36,850 nucleotides of DNA from Bipalium vagum (lineage: Eukaryota). Below the pieces are notes generated by a model. The model was given only the letters and a program-made list of their open reading frames with translations, was not told the origin of the DNA and did not search any database. The translations under genes were made by a program, and so were the position numbers. Below, one piece after another: positions 25,601-36,582 of this stretch; position 1 is the stretch's first letter; every line of letters begins with the position of its first letter. The stretch is from positions 1-36,850 of the forward strand of contig JBBMKC010193942.1 of assembly GCA_037834085.1 (NCBI GenBank). The letters are read 5' to 3'.

Positions 25601-28600
25601 TTAACAATTTTGACTAAATTTGTTCCTTGGCAAATATTGGGAAAACGAAATATCTGATTATGGCCACTTCTTTTTCAATATTCATTTTTTGATAATTGAT
25701 TTAGATTTTTAATTATTTATATAATTTTATGTATTGAAATCGATTAGAAGTTGATTCCGTACAAAAGGGTATGGTTTAATTTCGATTTTCTTTTTTAAAT
25801 TTTTGTATCGTCATTTTTTCTTGTTTTGTCGGTTTGGTTTGGTTTGAATTTTCTATTATGATTAATGATTTTTATTATAATTATTACTAGTACCAAGTTT
25901 GCTTTAATATTTTTCATTTTGAACCTTTTTTCGTATTAGAGTTACAGAAATCCGGTTAGTGAAAAATATTTCTTGTGTGATATAATTTTGGTTTTGTTTT
26001 GACTGTGCGGTGTTTGTTTATTTTTGTCGATTTCTATTTTATATTTATATATATTGATTTGGGTATCCATGTAAAAAATAGTTTTTGCATGAATGTTGTA
26101 TCAGAATTATTTCGATATTTACTAATTTTCTTGCATTGATTTGATGACACGTTCTTTTCCTTCATTTTCGTTTTTTAGCATGTCTTCCTTTTTTTCTTTT
26201 CTCTACTTTTATCTTTGTGCTTATTAATAATCATCAAAATGTCATAAATCGATTTTTTCTATTTGATGTTGTGCATTCAATTTTGTTGATAATTCAATCC
26301 TCACAATTGTTCTCAGTTAATCTGTGAACAAAAAAATCAAGAAATTGATTCTCACAATTACACAATAGTGCACAATGAAGTAATTAGAACTGACTTCGTG
26401 CCTAACTTTGTCCGGAAGGTTATCAAATCAATTGCCACTTACTCTATTATATTATACTTGCTACAATATCTAATGGCACACAGGCACACCGAACACACCG
26501 CCAAAGTCATTCTCTGCCTTAGCAGAGATCACTGGCCATTACTATTTAATTATAACATTTATTATATTTTTAATTAAAATTTTATTAACGATTCTCTTAC
26601 TGTTTTCTATTTTATTGACATTATATATTTTGATTATTATTATTATTATTATTTCTTTGGTCATATAATCGTCAAATTGTATCGATTTTGAGAACGGTGG
26701 AATGATGAATCACTATTTCATTACGCTATCTCTACCGCCTAAGATCGATGGAGATGAGTCACTCACATAATCTTGATTCATCATAACCTGTGGCTGTGTG
26801 AGTAGCTGGTCTTTGTATTATATTATTATAATATTAATAATAAATAATATTAATAATCTTAATTATTATCGTCATCATATCACTTGTAATATCTTTTATG
26901 GACTATAATGTACTAATGTCAATTATTATCAATGCAAAATACAACAATGTTTTCTGTTAAAAGTAGTATTAAAATCAATGGAATTGATTTTGTAAAGTAA
27001 TCTGTTTTATTTCCATATTACTATTTTTTAAAAAAATCAATTGATTCCCAATGACCTATTCACACAAAACCGTAACTGTTGTCATAATGATTAATTTGGG
27101 TAGGAGTTGAAGTGAAATCACCCGAGGTCGTGGTAAAAGAAAATTTACAAGCCCGTTTGGATGAGGCCTATCCAAACTGTTTGTCGATGGATGATCTGAT
27201 TCGGTAAGCTTTGCAATTAACTCGTTGCAGAGGCCAGGTATTTATTGTCTTTTGATTCTTACAGAATTCTCGAAACCAAAGAAGGCATCCTTAAACCGCA
27301 AATCGACGAGCTATTGGCAAAAGATGTCATAGAATTGGTGGTAATCGATGGTAAAGTTTCTGGATTCCGTCGGAAGATCTGTTATCACAATGAGGGTAAT
27401 TATTTTTAATCGGAATATTAAAAATATCATTTTACCTTTGACATTGCGATGTTTTAAAGACAATATGAACGATTTTCATGTTTACTAAATTAAAAGACCA
27501 ATTATTAACTTTTTATTGAATAATATTTAATTCTGAAATAATATTAATTGATGAATTTTTTTATTGATTCATATATATATATCGAGTTTTATATTATTTC
27601 ACTAAAGTCGAGTTCCACGGTTAATTGTAAATCGATGAGAAAATTTTATAAAATTGTCATTGGACCGGTTTTGATGTTCACTTGTCATTGAAATCTCTTT
27701 GGGAAACTTGTGTACAACTTTTACACACGGCATTTGATGGAGAATTGGCACCCGGATCTCCACAGTTATTTTTACCGTGTTTCTGTGATGATATTGAATT
27801 GTCAGTTGTGTTTTTTCGATATTTCTCTCACGTATTCGTGGTCAGTGGAGATGGAAATATAAAGCGTGTAAATATCTATATTATATGCATTCATTCAACT
27901 ATAAATATTTCTACTTGTTGCGAGATTTTTTCATTTGTCGGTCACCATGGTGATGATACATCATTGCAATGTGGTTTATAATAAAGTGATATATAATAAT
28001 ATCATGTCACAAAATGAAGTTGTTAAGGGTCTATAAAATCAAATTACGTACAGAGTTCCTTGGCAGAAGGATTCCCTTTCAAACCAGCTATTGGTTGTAT
28101 AATATTTTCTTATTAAGTTTCAATTTTTTGGTAATTAAAAGTTATTTAAACAAGAGAAGTAAGACATTCCTAAAATACTTCTTTAGCTCTTCAGTTTGAT
28201 TTTTTCATTCATTCTAAAATTACGAATATTATAAAATTCTGTTAAAAATATTATCATCAAAAGTCCAGAATATTATCTAATCCATTTGGAATTATTAATT
28301 ATTTGAATAAAACTTGAATTTAGTAATTAAAAAGAATGCAGAACCTATTCAACAATATAATAGGTCATTATTTATTTTTCGTTTTGTTAATCAGATCGAA
28401 GTATTCAGGGTTATTTCCTAAGATCAATTTACCCTAAAGATTGAAGTTTTGAAAGAAAAATACTAGAAATATTGGAAAAATATCTAAAGTCCAATATCAG
28501 AAATGCATGTAATAATGGAAAAATCAATGAGCTAAGTGTTTTCTGATGGATGAAAATAAAAATTAAACCAAAATGCTTTTTTTTATTACCTGATTCAGAA

Positions 28601-31600
28601 TTTATTTGAAATTTAATTTAATTAATGGTAACGGAAAATATTTTAGATGTGAAAGTTGTCAAGGAAACGGATCAAATGCAAAAAATATTCCAAAAAGAAA
28701 AACCAACTGTTGCCATTATCACAAATTTACTTTGTGAAAAACTGGCGGTCGATGCCATGATGACAGACAAGACAACATTTGTCAAGTTTGAAGGTTGGTG
28801 GAATCGACAAATCATTAATTTTGGAACTATTAATATTGGGATCATTTTTGGTTTCAGGTGAATCTCACGTGTACACAATCGGAAGAATCGGTAATAAAAA
28901 AGTCATCAGTACCAAAGTGGCGATGGTGGGTCGGGAACTGAAAGCAAGAATCTCATCTGCAAATACAACTACTCGACTATTGGGTAATTATTTATTGATC
29001 AATTTCCGAGTTGTAAATAATAAGTCGATAATATTTTAACAATGACATTTGTCCTTTTTGTAAAACATTTGATTCTGCTTGAAATCGTTGACCGAGTATT
29101 CCGTTAATCGTTCTCACAGATGTTACAGAGCTGCTAAGGCGCTTAAAACTGTCGGCATTATCAGACGACTTTATTCTATTGTTGAATTATCAAAAACTAT
29201 TGATTTTTACTGCATACCAAAATTTGATTCCATTGAACCAAGAAGACGTTGATGTTGTGTGTCAGTGTTTGGTTTGCTGTCTGCTCTCTCTGTCTGTCAC
29301 TGAGACCGTTTTCTGGTGATGAATTAGATATCAGTCTGAACATTTATTATTTTATTATTATTATTTTACTATAAATAATTATTTTAATTATTCCTATATA
29401 GCAATTGATTATATTAGTATAATTGTTAATGTATCAATGTGATACTTATTTATTGAAAATTTTCTATTAATTATTATTATTTATTCTAATCAAAGATTTA
29501 TTGATTTCATTCAAAAACCGAGATTTAGTTTTCAACGAGGTTTACTTTCATAAAATCAAGAGGCTTGGTATTAAAGAACTTCGAAATTTAATAATAAATC
29601 AATATTATAAAAATAATTTTTGGCACCTTATTTTCATTTCCTTTTGAAATTATTTATAGGAATTGTGTCATGAATTCGTTTCTTTGATAATTGATTTGCA
29701 TGTTATTCACTAAATTATTATTCATAATTGTATTATTATTATCTTTACGAGATTATTTGTACAAGTGAAAGTAAATTTTCTGTTGGTTATGAAAGACACG
29801 TGAGCCCTGACATTATTCTGATGAAAAAGAATGCCTTTCAGATTAGTCAATGCAGAAAAATATTAAAAACTCTTCGAATTTATGATACAACGATATTTAA
29901 TTTCTTTTTGTGGGAAATATTGATATATAAAACTAATATATTTTTTATCGATCTTATAATAATCAAATTTAAATATATTTTTATCAATATTGGTTCAACC
30001 CTGATCTTGTTTTCCTGAATTATTATTCATTATTGACATTTTAACATATATTTTTCTTTATGGGTTTTTTTGTAATTGATTTTTCAATTTTCCCATTTTA
30101 TAATTATCGATATTGATTCTTCTAATCCGGTGTTATTTAGGAAAATTGTACATTTTTCAAAAAAGTGACTTAGTTGAGATGGACAAGTTCAATTTTTCTG
30201 GTCCATTTAGGTCTTAACTTTCTCGAGAAGGTTAACTGAAATCCATATTTTCAATGATCAATGACATTTTATTTATTCTTTCTTGGACTACTTGGTGTGT
30301 GTTATGGGGTCTAATACATGAGATGATTGATTCTATCCAATTTCAAAGAAAGGTCCCTTTTTCGATAAATTAAACACAGATTTTCTCTTAATACACGATT
30401 ATTCTTCGATGTTCTACTTCAGAATAGTTATCATTTCTTTAATATAACAAGTCTGGAATTGTCAAATGTCATTAATTTTCAGTGTCTTTATTTCTATGAC
30501 TGCTAAATAAATTGATCTTTGATTTTTTTCGATTTCTAACCATTGTTGTCAGGCAGTCTAATTATTGCAGCTTTTTTGTGACAATAATAAATTTTTGGTT
30601 GTTTATCGGACATGATTAATTCACTCTTTTTTACCTTCATCATCAGGTACTTTCCAAGACGTACAACATGTTCTTGTAGTTGGAGTTGGAGGAAGTGTTC
30701 CCCATGTATACGAGTTTGACAAACACAGTCGTCTTGGTGATATCGTCGTTTCTTATCCCAACGATAACGGATCGGTTTACATATTTTGTGAAAAGCTCCA
30801 TTTGTTGGAGAATAGCCGTGATCCATTTAACACGGCCACGTTTGAGATAAAAGATTTTAAGTTCACCGATAAAACTTTGCAAAAGTTAGTTTGATTTTAT
30901 AATGGAAAAATTTCTGCAACATTGTTTTATTTCGGTTTCGAATTTCAGAGTTATTGATGATGTATTGGACACTTTTGAAAACGATCCGAAATCGTGTGAA
31001 TGGTACCGCTACATGCAAGAGGTGCTGCCCGAGCTGCAAATGTCCGATATCGATTTCAATAGGCCTCCAGCCGATACCGATAAACTAAAGTTGAAGGTAA
31101 GCAGAAATTTGTTGATATAGATTTTTTTTATTATCATTATTGATCTTTAATTATTTATTTATTACTATTGCTAGGTGTCCGACAAAGTAGTATTCGATAT
31201 GAAACATCCAGAGGTTCCGAAAGAGTTGGAACATTTGTATTTTCCCGATTTCCCTGCGGTTCGTTTAGGAAGTATTGGGTCTGGTAGACCTGTCACTGAC
31301 GTTGATCTGATCAGAGACAGATTCTCTAAAGAAAACTGTTTGCTGGCTTATGATTCGGAATACGATCAGGTAATTAAATTGCGATTGATTTCTACACATA
31401 TGATCCGTGCTGAGAAAGTAAACTTATTCGTTATTTGTCAGAAATCGATATATAAACAATATTAGATCTTTCGATTTTGAGACTAAAAACATAGCCAATT
31501 ATTTTTATTCTTAATCAATCGATTTTTATTTATAAACTCAATAAATAATTATTTGATATCGTTTTTTTTTGAAGAATTGTGCGCGGCATTTTTTATTTAA

Positions 31601-31944
31601 AAATATTTGTGAGATCAGTAATTTTCGATATATTAATTAAATTCATTGTAATTGAATCGTGCTTTTTATATATTTTTAATTGATTTTCCGATTTTCCCAT
31701 TACATGATGAACAATATATCGATTATTTTTGTCAATTATTTTTTTGCACAAAATATATTTATTTTCCATCTCTCCCTTGTAGGTTCTCGATTCCATCAAA
31801 GGTAACGGTCTGAGAAGCTTTGCGCTTATTCGTGGAATTTCCGATTATATTGACGGCAGCACTGGCGGTCTTTGGCAACCTTATGCCTCATTGGCTGCAG
31901 CAGCATTCATGAAAGCCATCATTTTGAGATTAGTTATTAAATAA
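22688..31944 (+). CDS. Uncharacterised nucleoside phosphorylase (PNP_UDP_1/MTAN-like) domain protein with N-terminal extension and probable winged helix, 574 aa, 11 exons
   Basis: Exons 22688-22930, 22977-23088, 23133-23255, 27104-27203, 27265-27395, 28647-28793, 28858-28983, 30647-30884, 30949-31096, 31175-31369, 31783-31944 join in phase with GT-AG ends (1725 nt). Motifs: PTVAIITNLLCEKLAV; YTIGRIGNKKVI; VLVVGVGGSVP...RLGDIVVS; RLGSIGSG; LAYDSE; FALIRGISDY...WQPYASLAAAAFMKAII. Exons 4-5 (LDEAYPNCLSMDDLIRIL...IDELLAKDVIE...GFRR) look like a winged helix. Confidence 0.92.
23590..23780 (-). mobile_element. Possible CR1/L2-type LINE ORF2 C-terminal remnant
   Basis: The minus strand reads TTAKKYKEGDMFDFVTFSIING, loosely matching TLxxRRxRGDMIxxFKIIxG; very decayed. 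Confidence 0.3.
25100..25240 (+). mobile_element. Non-LTR reverse transcriptase fragment (YADD region)
   Basis: KPLPLIVIMEN*AKCPVYRCADDAKMNKL...ALIIW resembles GPLLFxIYINDL...YADDxK...W of CR1/Jockey-type RTs; lies in intron 3 of the phosphorylase-domain gene. Confidence 0.55.
26702..26784. promoter_or_regulatory. Cluster of AP-1-type motifs in intron 3 (putative enhancer or alternative promoter)
   Basis: TGAATCA 26706-26712, perfect TGAGTCA 26755-26761 and TGATTCA 26774-26780 within a GC-richer patch. Confidence 0.35.
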
Positions 31945-31973
31945 TCGTCAATCAAGAAGAGAGATTTTGAAAT

Positions 31974-31999
31974 CCAAGGCGACGAGCTCGTCGTCTTGG
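31974..31999 (+). other. GC-rich 3' UTR stem-loop (11-bp stem, AGCU loop)
   Basis: CCAAGGCGACG-AGCT-CGTCGTCTTGG, starting 30 nt after the stop codon; fully paired in the sense RNA with one G-U pair. Confidence 0.75.
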
Positions 32000-32654
32000 T
32001 GTGTGTTGCGTTACTATAATTATTATTGAAATAAACTCATATTCTGTTTCCTAATTTATAGTTTCTGTTCAATTACTTTGTATATGGAATAAAATTTTGT
32101 CTTATTTTTACTTTAGTCGGGTGTGGATTTGGATCGTTATTGTGGGGTTATATCACAGCTCAACTAGTTCGATTCATTTTCGGTTTTGGTTCGAGGAAAA
32201 GTCGATTGTTATTTTATGATATAATTATAAAAATACTGAGATCGGGTATGATTCGATCAGTCCAAACATTTTTGGTGATTATTTATTTCAGCATTAAAAA
32301 TTTCAGACATTTTTAATTAATTCGTAAACCAAAATAAGTTGCATTAAAAGTTTTCTTAAATAATATTAAAGTATCAAGATTATGAGAATTATACATCGGA
32401 ACAGAAAAAATAAGAAAATCTATTGAATCAAGTAGTTAGCTACTTAGAAATTAGAAAGAAAAAAAGTACCTGAAGGCAGATTGATATAATTTTAAGCATA
32501 AATTTTAAATTTATTGGTATTTCTGGCATAAGTTGGAATAATGAAAAGATAAAAATATATTTAAATATTAAAAAAGTAAGTAAAACTGTATTTAATAAGA
32601 AATTTTAATTGCCCTTCATTTAACAATTAAATTGAAAATTAATCGTAACGTAAA

Positions 32655-33210
32655 TTATTTCTTAACTTTTCCGAACAAGAATTTTGTAAAAGCCAGTTCT
32701 ATTGGGTTCATCATATAATATGGAGACAAGAATTTTAATTTAAAACCAAATTCACTATTAATGGTTTCTAAATCCTTTTGTTGATGAACCATTGCATTAT
32801 CTAATATTAAACATGCATTAGCTAGACCTTTAATATCACGTATTTCAATGAACAAATCCCTTAGATATTCACCAAAAATATCTCCATTCACTGTACTATT
32901 ATTAATAACTTTCGAATATACGATTCTATCTATTGAAAGCTCACAAATTAAGCTAACCGATCTATCTCTCACAATAGTTGAAATTACATTCGCTCTACTT
33001 CCACGTCAGATCTCGCCTGAAATCTTTTTAGATGAAGATTGAAAGATGATTCATCTATAAAAATTACATTGGAATAATTTTCTCTAAACTTGTTATTAAA
33101 CCATGTCACACAATTTCTTCTTTTTTCCATGGTTTTATCAGCATTTACTGATTCTAGGTCTCTTAAATAAAAGTGGAGCGAGTTAAGAGCTTAACGGTTA
33201 AAAGTTTTTC
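32655..33210 (-). mobile_element. Decayed IS630/Tc1-superfamily (DDE_3) transposase
   Basis: The minus strand reads RDLESVNADKTMEK...ENYSNVIFIDESSFNLH...RSVSLI...ACLILDNAMVH...KFLSPYYMMNPIELAF, containing all three D, D and E motifs. Frameshifted; no TIRs identified. Confidence 0.88.
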
Positions 33211-33990
33211 CTTTTTTTTGATTCAGATTTTTATTCGACTAAGAAAACAAATCAATGTACAAAATTTTATTTATATTAAATAACAATCTTTTTTCTATAA
33301 TTTTACAAGATCAGAGTGATTGCTATTGCAACAATCCTCTTTAAGAATGATTCACCAAGGTTACGATTAATTAAAGGAAGGATGTCTTTTTGCACTGATA
33401 AAAATACCAGTGTCCGAAAAGCCCTGAAAGAAATGCAATTCACTACCCTAATTAGTATGTGAACTGCTAACACAAAAAAGCTGCTTCGGAAGTGAAGAGA
33501 GAACAAAAAAGATAAGATGATTTTAGGGTTTGACTCTAACATTTATTTATAAGAAATTTAATTAAATTATTTTATAATTAGCAAGAATTACCAATTAAGA
33601 TATTTGATTATTTATTTATTTATTAAATGATTATTGTGTAATTCACAAGAATTACCAATTAAAATTTTTTACTTAATTTTAATTATTAATTAATAAATAA
33701 AAAGAATACTTGTTAATTACTTAATGTATTCTATAAAATATATTTATTACGATAATAATCAATAAAAACTCACTATGGGCATAAAAATTTGAATGGATAA
33801 TTTTCACTGTCTGTCTACTTAAAAATGAATTGATCATTTTATATATTTTTTAACTCGTGATCACTGCTTGATAAGTTCGTGATGATTTTATTTATAAATA
33901 TCTTTTCTCTGCCAATGTAAATAAAATTATGCACTTATATATATAATTTTTTACTTTAAATTTTATAAATAATAAGTAATATTTTCTTTA

Positions 33991-34038
<48 letters not shown>

Positions 34039-34049
34039 TAAATAATAAT
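33991..34049. repeat. (AAT)n microsatellite
   Basis: aataataat... run, slightly degenerate at the 3' end. Confidence 0.95.
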
Positions 34050-34140
34050 TTATATTTATTTCTCATATATATTTACTAATAATAAATTTACTATAACTAA
34101 TTTTCCCCTAAAATCTATTTTTAGTAAGTTATACTTACTA

Positions 34141-35254
34141 CAGTGCGCGCAAAAAGTCTGTTCATCCCCTATAAAAAATACTAATTTTAATTGAAAAAAA
34201 TATTTTAAACAACGAAATTTATTAAATGAACAAGTCTTAATATTGAATAGGATATCCCTTTGATTTCTTGACCAATTGTAATCTTTTGGGGATTGAATTC
34301 ACAATTTTCTTGCACGTGTTACGAGAAAGGTTGTACCATTTGTTTTGGATCTCATTCCATAAATCTTTAGCACAATTATGTTTTATTGGACTTAGTTGAC
34401 GCTTAAGGATACCCCAGATATTTTCTACGGGATTCAGGTCAGGAGAATTACGTGGCCAAGGTAAGACTTCAATATTTTTATTTCTTAGGAAAGCCTGGGT
34501 ACTTTTGGCCTCATGATGAGGAGTCAAATCTTGTTGAAAAACGAATGCTGCTTTTGGACAGACTAAGCATTTGCCAACTATATCTAAATCATGAAGTATG
34601 TCTTTTTGATATCTCTCGGCATTCATATTTCCATTGATTTTTTTAGAAGTCCAACTCCATTACTACTGAAGCAACCCCAGACATGAATGTATAGTCCTTT
34701 GAGCCGTTGATGCATTTTCAAATACGGCTTCTTAATTGCTGTATAACTTCGAAAACCATATTTTTTCAGAATTTTCTGAACGGTACTGACAGATACATTT
34801 CGGACATAACTTGAATTGTACCTATTGGTGATATAAAGAAAAGATGCAAAGTGGTTCGCTTTGAAAATGCGTCTTATAGCTCGTGAAGCTTGTGGTGAAA
34901 TAATAGTTGGTCTGCCGAACCTGTTTCAAGATATTTCTTCCAAATATATTGCATGCGTCTTGTTGTACTTTTCCAAGATTTGCTGACATATTTCAGTCCA
35001 AGAATTTCCATTATTCCGTAATGCAACAATGCAACATCTTTATAATTCTATTAAATTTCTAAAAATTTTATTTATCTAAAACAATAAATTTATACATTTT
35101 TGATAAATTTAATTTAAAAATATGTTATATTTGATTACATTATTTAAAAATCTTTACAAAAAGTTAATCTTTAAACAACTATTTATAATTAAATTGAAAT
35201 ATATATCAAAATTAGTATTTTTGATAGGGGGTGACAGACTTTTTACGCGCACTG
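34141..35254 (-). mobile_element. Tc1 (DD34E) transposon, internally deleted, with both TIRs and TA target duplication
   Basis: TIR CAGTGCGCG(C/T)AAAAAGTCTGT..CCCCTAT.AAAAATACTAATTTT at both ends, with TA at 34139-34140 and 35255-35256. ORF 34237-34626 has FQQD-34 aa-E (WPRNSPDLNPVENIW). IHVWGCFSSNGVG and the N-terminal GRPTIIS lie upstream; the first-D region is missing. Confidence 0.96.
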
Positions 35255-35562
35255 TATATTATTTTTTGCAATATTTTTATCTATTTGTTTGTTTTAATGA
35301 ATATACTTTTATACAAAAAAAATAATTATTTATTTATATTTTATTTAATTTTTTTTGATTTTATATATACATTTTTTTCTTTATCGACACTTTTGGGGAA
35401 AAATTCTTTTACACAAGACATGAAATTAATTCAATAAAGTACATTTTTTATTCATATAAAATATTATCAATTATAATGTAATTGTCACAAAATATGATTA
35501 AAAAATTGTTGAATTATTAATTGAAAGCTTTATGGGTTTTTCAAGATTTCTGAAGCCTCCAC

Positions 35563-35748
35563 ACTGATTCTAATTCCCTATGACTTTTGTAATGGTAATT
35601 ATAAGTTTGTTTAATGCATTGCTTATTGTCTGCAACGAAATTTTTAATCCTGGGTTTCGATTTTCAATATTTGCTTTTATTTCTCTTAAATTTGTATCAA
35701 GCGATATTTTTTGGCAACGGAAACCACCTTTAGGTAATTGAATTACTC
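35563..35748 (-). mobile_element. IS630/Tc1-like transposase N-terminal (HTH) remnant
   Basis: The minus strand reads VIQLPKGGFRCQKISLDTNLREIKANIENRNPGLKISLQTISNALNKLIIT, then RELESV after a frameshift: a linker plus second HTH similar to the element at 32655-33210. Confidence 0.65.
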
Positions 35749-36453
35749 TTAAAGGTAAAAAATGTTTTTAAATAAAACTAATTTAAAATATACCACTTGT
35801 GAAGACTCCCACCTTCAGGCCAATCATATCAAGCGAACCCTTCAAAAACATCAATCCAACCAAATCAATCAAAGTCTTCAAAATAATAACATTTTAGCAT
35901 TGATTTTGAACATCTTTAGTGATCATTTACTGTTTCATTTCATGTACAAAAACAAAATATAATTCTGTGTAATTTTATTTATTTGTTTCATATAAGAGCT
36001 AAAACCCTGAGTTTGGTTTTAATAACTTTCCTTCCGTCTGTTTAATTAATAAAAAATACAAAATAGAATATAAAATATAAAATTATATTAAACAAAAAAA
36101 TAAAATAATATATAAAATATAAAAATTATTATTATTATAATTAATTTAAAAATTAATCATTTTGATGATTAATTTATAAAATATTTGGACAAAATCGTTT
36201 AGTAACATAGTTACTATAAATAATTTTTTCAATAAAAATTTTAATAATGTTACTATAAATAAATTTATAGTAAAAAATTTTTAAGTGGAATGTAAAAATA
36301 GTAACATAAAGTTGCTGTAAATAAAAATACAAGAAAATAAAATAATATAAATACTAAAGAGTTTCAGTATCAAAACACACAATATAAATACGAAAAGAAG
36401 TCTAGATGAATCAAGCGGTCAAGAAGACAACCAGACAAAATCCAGAGGAAAGC

Positions 36454-36582
36454 AGAACAATACTCAGAACCATACTCGGAACAATACTCAGAACAATATT
36501 AGGAACAAATTTCAGAACAATATTCGGAACAATATTCAGCATAAAATTCGGAACTCCACTCGGAACTCTACGAACAGTAATC
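36454..36582. repeat. 12-bp tandem repeat (RGAACAATAYTC) x about 10
   Basis: agaacaatactc agaaccatactc ggaacaatactc agaacaatatta ggaacaaatttc agaacaatattc ggaacaatattc agcataaaattc ggaactccactc... Confidence 0.92.

Noticed and set aside
25470-25650. SYIMILHNT...LLAKCVLID...LYLT, vaguely like a CACTA-type transposase C-terminus
   Set aside because: Too short and without a diagnostic motif to assign.
26368-26577. ORF containing PNFVRKVIK, similar to PNFVKKVMK in exon 3 (possible mutually exclusive exon)
   Set aside because: The nearest AG acceptor gives the wrong phase and similarity does not extend beyond 9 residues; probably chance.
27682-27981. 99-aa ORF in intron 5 of the phosphorylase-domain gene
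   Set aside because: TTG start, no recognisable domain, and not needed for the in-phase gene model; at most regulatory sequence.
28049-28100. ITYRVPWQKDSLSNQLL, reminiscent of the RT motif GVxQGDxLSPLL
   Set aside because: Key glycines are missing and there is no downstream YADD motif.
29248-29342. Possible intronic C/D box snoRNA (CTGA, GTGATGA, CTGA)
   Set aside because: The 5' C box is degenerate (TTGATGT) and only about 7 nt of contiguous rRNA complementarity could be recalled; not supportable without a snoscan or Rfam search.
36454-36582. CRISPR-like array
   Set aside because: Contiguous 12-bp tandem units without unique spacers, in a spliceosomal-intron eukaryotic context with no cas genes.
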